Shown here piece by piece: positions 31,409 to 34,592 of a stretch of DNA of 34,592 nt. The stretch is taken from NCBI RefSeq assembly GCF_001194135.2, contig NC_068982.1, positions 66,486,022 to 66,520,613 on the forward strand, written 5' to 3'. Positions within the stretch are counted from its first letter, which is position 1, and each line of letters begins with the position of its first letter. The notes beneath the pieces are model-generated. The model had not been told where the DNA came from. It did not search any database and saw only the letters and a list, made by a program, of their open reading frames with translations. The position numbers were made by a program, and so were the translations under genes. This DNA is from Octopus bimaculoides (taxonomy: Eukaryota).

Positions 31409-32414
31409 TAACAAGAAACAAGATTAGGACAAATATCCGTCAAATGTAAACAGGATGGATTTGTACATTTCCTTTCCATCTTGTCCCGGTCCCATACAGT
31501 TATTGTTTAGCCCCAAGTCAGCCTTATTCTGGCAAATTTTTGATCAAAAAGGTTTCAATCATGACAATCCTATCTATAAGGGACTTATTTGAACAATGTA
31601 ACCTTCTCTTTTTTTAAAGACTACCGCGTAGCGTATGATTAGAGGAAAAATTGGCTGCTATTTCTAATTGGTCGAATGACAACGTACATAGTTGTGAACT
31701 TGATGGAGTGGAAGAGAATAGATTTAGAGGTGGTTTACCGAGTGCGGGGTTGGATGGAAAGCGGACAGCGAAGGTGGAAACTTTCTCTGCAAGAATACTG
31801 CTCATAGTCCATCAGGATTGAGAAGTGGAGAAAAGTGGGATTCCGCGAAGTTGGGTGACATCCTTTTCGACCAAAGGATCGTCTGCAGTTTTGGAGCAGA
31901 TTGAGGACCCCGCAATGCACAAAGGCATTCATCATTGTTCGTTATTTACCCATACCACAAGATTTACGGTGTTGGGTGAGTGCGATTCTATTTCTAGGAG
32001 TGGGCGATTTTCCTCATTGTAATCTTAAGTGATCTGAAAAAAGATAAGATGGTCACCATAGGTGACCACCGCGCTTATGATGGTCCCGAACAGTATTCCT
32101 TCGGTTATGGATCTATTCAAATCAGAGTTGATCTGGGCCTAAACAATCACAACAACAACAATAACAACAGTTCAAGACAACATCTCGGGGAGGAATGTTT
32201 GTTGCAATATGGTGTAGATTTCATGTCCCTCAATGAATGTTTCTACTATCACTATTTTCTGTTGATAAACGAGTAGTAAAAAAAAATTGGCATTAAAACC
32301 AGGGTTGTTTATATGTATGCATACATCTCTCCCTACATATTTATATACATACAAGTTTTAAAGTTATTGGCATATAATTGTTGGCGATTGCTATAAAAAA
32401 AATTAGATAAGACT

Positions 32415-32700
32415 ATCATCATCATCATCATCATCGTTTAACGTCCGCTTTCCATGCTAGCACGGGTTGGACGATTTGACTGAGGACTGGTGAACCAGAT
32501 GGCTACACCAGGCTCCAATCTGATTTGGCAGAGTTTCTACAGCTGGATGCCTTTCCTAACGCCAACCACTCCGAGAGTGTAGTGGGTGCTTTTACGTGCC
32601 ACCTGCACGAAGGCCAGTCAGGCGTTACTGGCAACGGCCACGCTCAAAATGGTGTATTTTATGTGCCACCTTCACATGAGCCAGTCCAGCGGCACTAGCT
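32415..32700 (-). mobile_element. SINE family C copy, CpG-intact
   Basis: (ATC)n TCGTTTAACGTCCGCTTTCCATGCTAGCACGGGTTGGACG...CCTAACGCCAACCACTCCGAG; the inverse of 8375-8620. A partial copy lies at ~2520-2630. Confidence 0.75.
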
Positions 32701-33099
32701 AATTTTTGTTTGAGTTTTTGATGAAATTATTATTCAAAATATTGTTACTGTATTATAATATCCCGTGAATGTCATATTCATGTGACATTTTTATAATTAT
32801 TGACGATTAAAATTTTTCGGATAATTAACCGTATCTTTAGCCATCTAATCTTCGTGTCATTTGGTTTGATCTCCGATTATCACCAGGTGTCTGGATATGT
32901 ACACGCTACCCGATTGAATTCGAAGTAGGAACGTTTATTTACCAAACTAAACCTAGTGACGTTCTTATCCATTATGCAACTGACGCATGTGCAATCGGAA
33001 CCTAAATATTGATTTCAAATTTTGGTACAAGGCCAGATAGTTTGGAGGCGATGTGTAAGTCGACCACATTGACCCAATGTTTAAATAGGGTTAATTAAA

Positions 33100-34215
33100 G
33101 CGAAGAGTTGACAGAATCATTACCACGCAGGATAAAATACTCAGCGGTGGCATTTCGTCCGTCTTTGTGTTCTGAGCTCAAATTCCGCCGAGGTCGACTT
33201 TGCCTTTCATCTTTTTTCGGGTCGATAAAATAAGTACTAACTGAGCACTGGGGTTGATGTAATCGACTTATCCCATCTCCCGAAATTTCTGGCGTTGTGT
33301 CAAAACTTGAAGTCAATATTTAGGTTTCGATTGCATTTAGTTTGGTAAATAAACGTTCTTAGTTCGAATTTAGTTGGATAGCGTGTACATATCCTGGAAA
33401 TATGGTACTTGACTGGATCTTTATTTCAACGAGCCTGAAGGGATAAAAGGCTTAGATGCCCTCGGCGGGATTCGAACTCAGAACATAAAGAGCCGGAGTT
33501 AATAATAAGTAGCTCCTCATTTTGGTAAAAGACTGGCAGCTTTAAGGGAAAGGGATTACCTAATACCATCAACTCTTGTACTTAACTGGTACTTTATTTT
33601 ATTCAAATAGAAAGGACAAAAGACGAAATTGATCTTGGCGGAATTTGAACTCGGAACGTAAAGAGCCGGAAGAAATACCACAAAGTATTTTCCCAACACT
33701 CTACTGACAGTTCCAAACCATTGAAGGCACGTGGCTTAGTGGTTCGGGTATTTGGCTTACGATCGTAAGGTCGTGAGTTCGATACCCAGCGGCGCGTTGT
33801 GTCCTTGAGCAAGGCACTTTATTCCACTCAGCTGACAAAGTGTACTTGTAATTGGAATGGCAAGTCTTCTCACGCTGAATCTCTCTGAGAACTACGTTAA
33901 AGGTACACGTGTCTGCGGAGTGCTCAGCCACTTGCACTTTAATTTCACGAGCAGGCTGTTCCGTTGATCGGATCAACTGGATTCCCTGTCCTCATAAGAG
34001 AGGGTGTGCCAATTTCAATTCATTACCTTTCAGATGAAGTTATTAACTGCAATTTTGAGGGGAGGGGTTGATCGATTAAAACAACCCGAATAGCTGACTA
34101 GTACTTTATTTTGTTAATCCCAAGAGGATGAAAAGTAAAGTTGACCTTAGCAGGATTTAAATTCAGGACATAGACCTATAAAAATACGCCAAGGTGTTAT
34201 CTCGACGCTCTAACG
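33100..34215. mobile_element. SINE family A cluster: 33100-33318 (+), 33400-33495 (-), 33510-33720 (-), 34040-34215 (-)
   Basis: Repeated CTCGGCGGAATTTGAACTC and GCCTTTCATC motifs in both orientations. Confidence 0.7.
33723..34010 (+). mobile_element. tRNA-derived SINE with a GTGTCCTTGAGCAAGGCACTT core
   Basis: A box TGGCTTAGTGG, B box GAGTTCGATACC; shared tail GAGAACTACGTTAA.GGTACACGTGTCTG. A decayed relative lies at ~7283-7500. Confidence 0.75.
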
Positions 34216-34260
34216 CAGTGATTCTCAACCATTTTTCATCTATGGATCCCTTTGATTACT
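34216..34260 (+). mobile_element. hAT/Charlie-like MITE left end interrupted by a SINE
   Basis: CAGTGATTCTCAACC resembles the CAGTG(G/A)TTCTCAA TIR start. The partner end is not in the window. Confidence 0.35.
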
Positions 34261-34278
34261 GTCTTACTTCGGTGGAGT

Positions 34279-34592
34279 GGAGGCGCGATGGCCCAGTGGT
34301 TAGGGCAGCGGACTCGCGGTCATAGGATCGCGGTTTCGATTCCCAGACTGGGCGTTGTGAGTGTTTATTGAGCGAAAACACCTAAAGCTCCACGAGGCCC
34401 CGGCAGGGGATGGTGGCGAACCCTGCTGTACTCCTTCACCACAACTTTCTCTCACTCTTACTTCCTGTTTCTGTTGTGCCTGTAATTCAAAGGGTCAGCC
34501 TTGTCACACAGTGTCACGCTGAATATCCCCGAGAACTACGTTAAGGGTACACGTGTCTGTGGAGTGCTCAGCCACTTGCACGTTAATTTCAC
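34279..34592 (+). mobile_element. tRNA(Arg)-like SINE, CpG-rich, runs off the window end
   Basis: A box TGGCCCAGTGG, loop GACTCGCGG (TCG), B box GTTTCGATTCC, then a non-tRNA body. The tail is shared with 33723-34010. Confidence 0.8.

Larger units (their letters stand above)
30322..31447 (+). mobile_element. 5'-truncated Penelope-like element (PLE) with inverted pseudo-LTR and target-site duplication
   Basis: Direct repeat AAACAGGATGGAT at 30309-30321 and 31448-31460. 30357-30656 is an inverted copy of 31175-31450. A GIY-YIG remnant lies between them. Confidence 0.9.

Noticed and set aside
31620-32280. CpG-richer non-repetitive stretch with several short ORFs on both strands
   Set aside because: No recognisable motif or consistent splice pair; left unannotated pending a similarity search.
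34279-34352. tRNA gene calls here and at 33723 and 31278
   Set aside because: The acceptor stems do not pair, and each continues into repeat body sequence; these are tRNA-derived heads.
1-34592. CRISPR arrays, rRNA genes, prokaryotic operons
   Set aside because: None seen; the repeats are microsatellites and dispersed eukaryotic transposons.

Overview
AT-rich, repeat-dense animal genomic DNA with three assembly gaps. The SINE families, microsatellite load and spliced gene structure fit a coleoid cephalopod, probably Octopus; this is inference, no database search was run. Main gene: a minus-strand CAP/SCP-superfamily (CRISP/GLIPR-like) gene, missed as a whole by the ORF track. Seven exons (21035 to 6993) have canonical splice sites and compatible phases and join into one open frame of 266 aa plus stop: pro-region, CAP domain, Cys hinge and ShK-like domain. 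All four canonical CAP cavity residues (His/Glu/Glu/His) are replaced, and the signal-peptide exon was not found. The rest is mostly mobile DNA: a TSD-flanked Penelope-like element with inverted terminal repeats carrying a tRNA-like module and hammerhead motifs; several other hammerhead-like motifs, one with an intact core at 12338-12398; three R4/Dong-type LINE fragments in (CATA)n or (AAT)n arrays; two copies of a 550-bp AAT-flanked element; MITE-like elements; and many tRNA-derived SINEs. A CpG-depleted domain (~2.5-15.7 kb) does not match the CAP gene limits and may mark a hidden overlapping plus-strand transcription unit. Repeat coordinates are approximate; exon coordinates were counted by hand.
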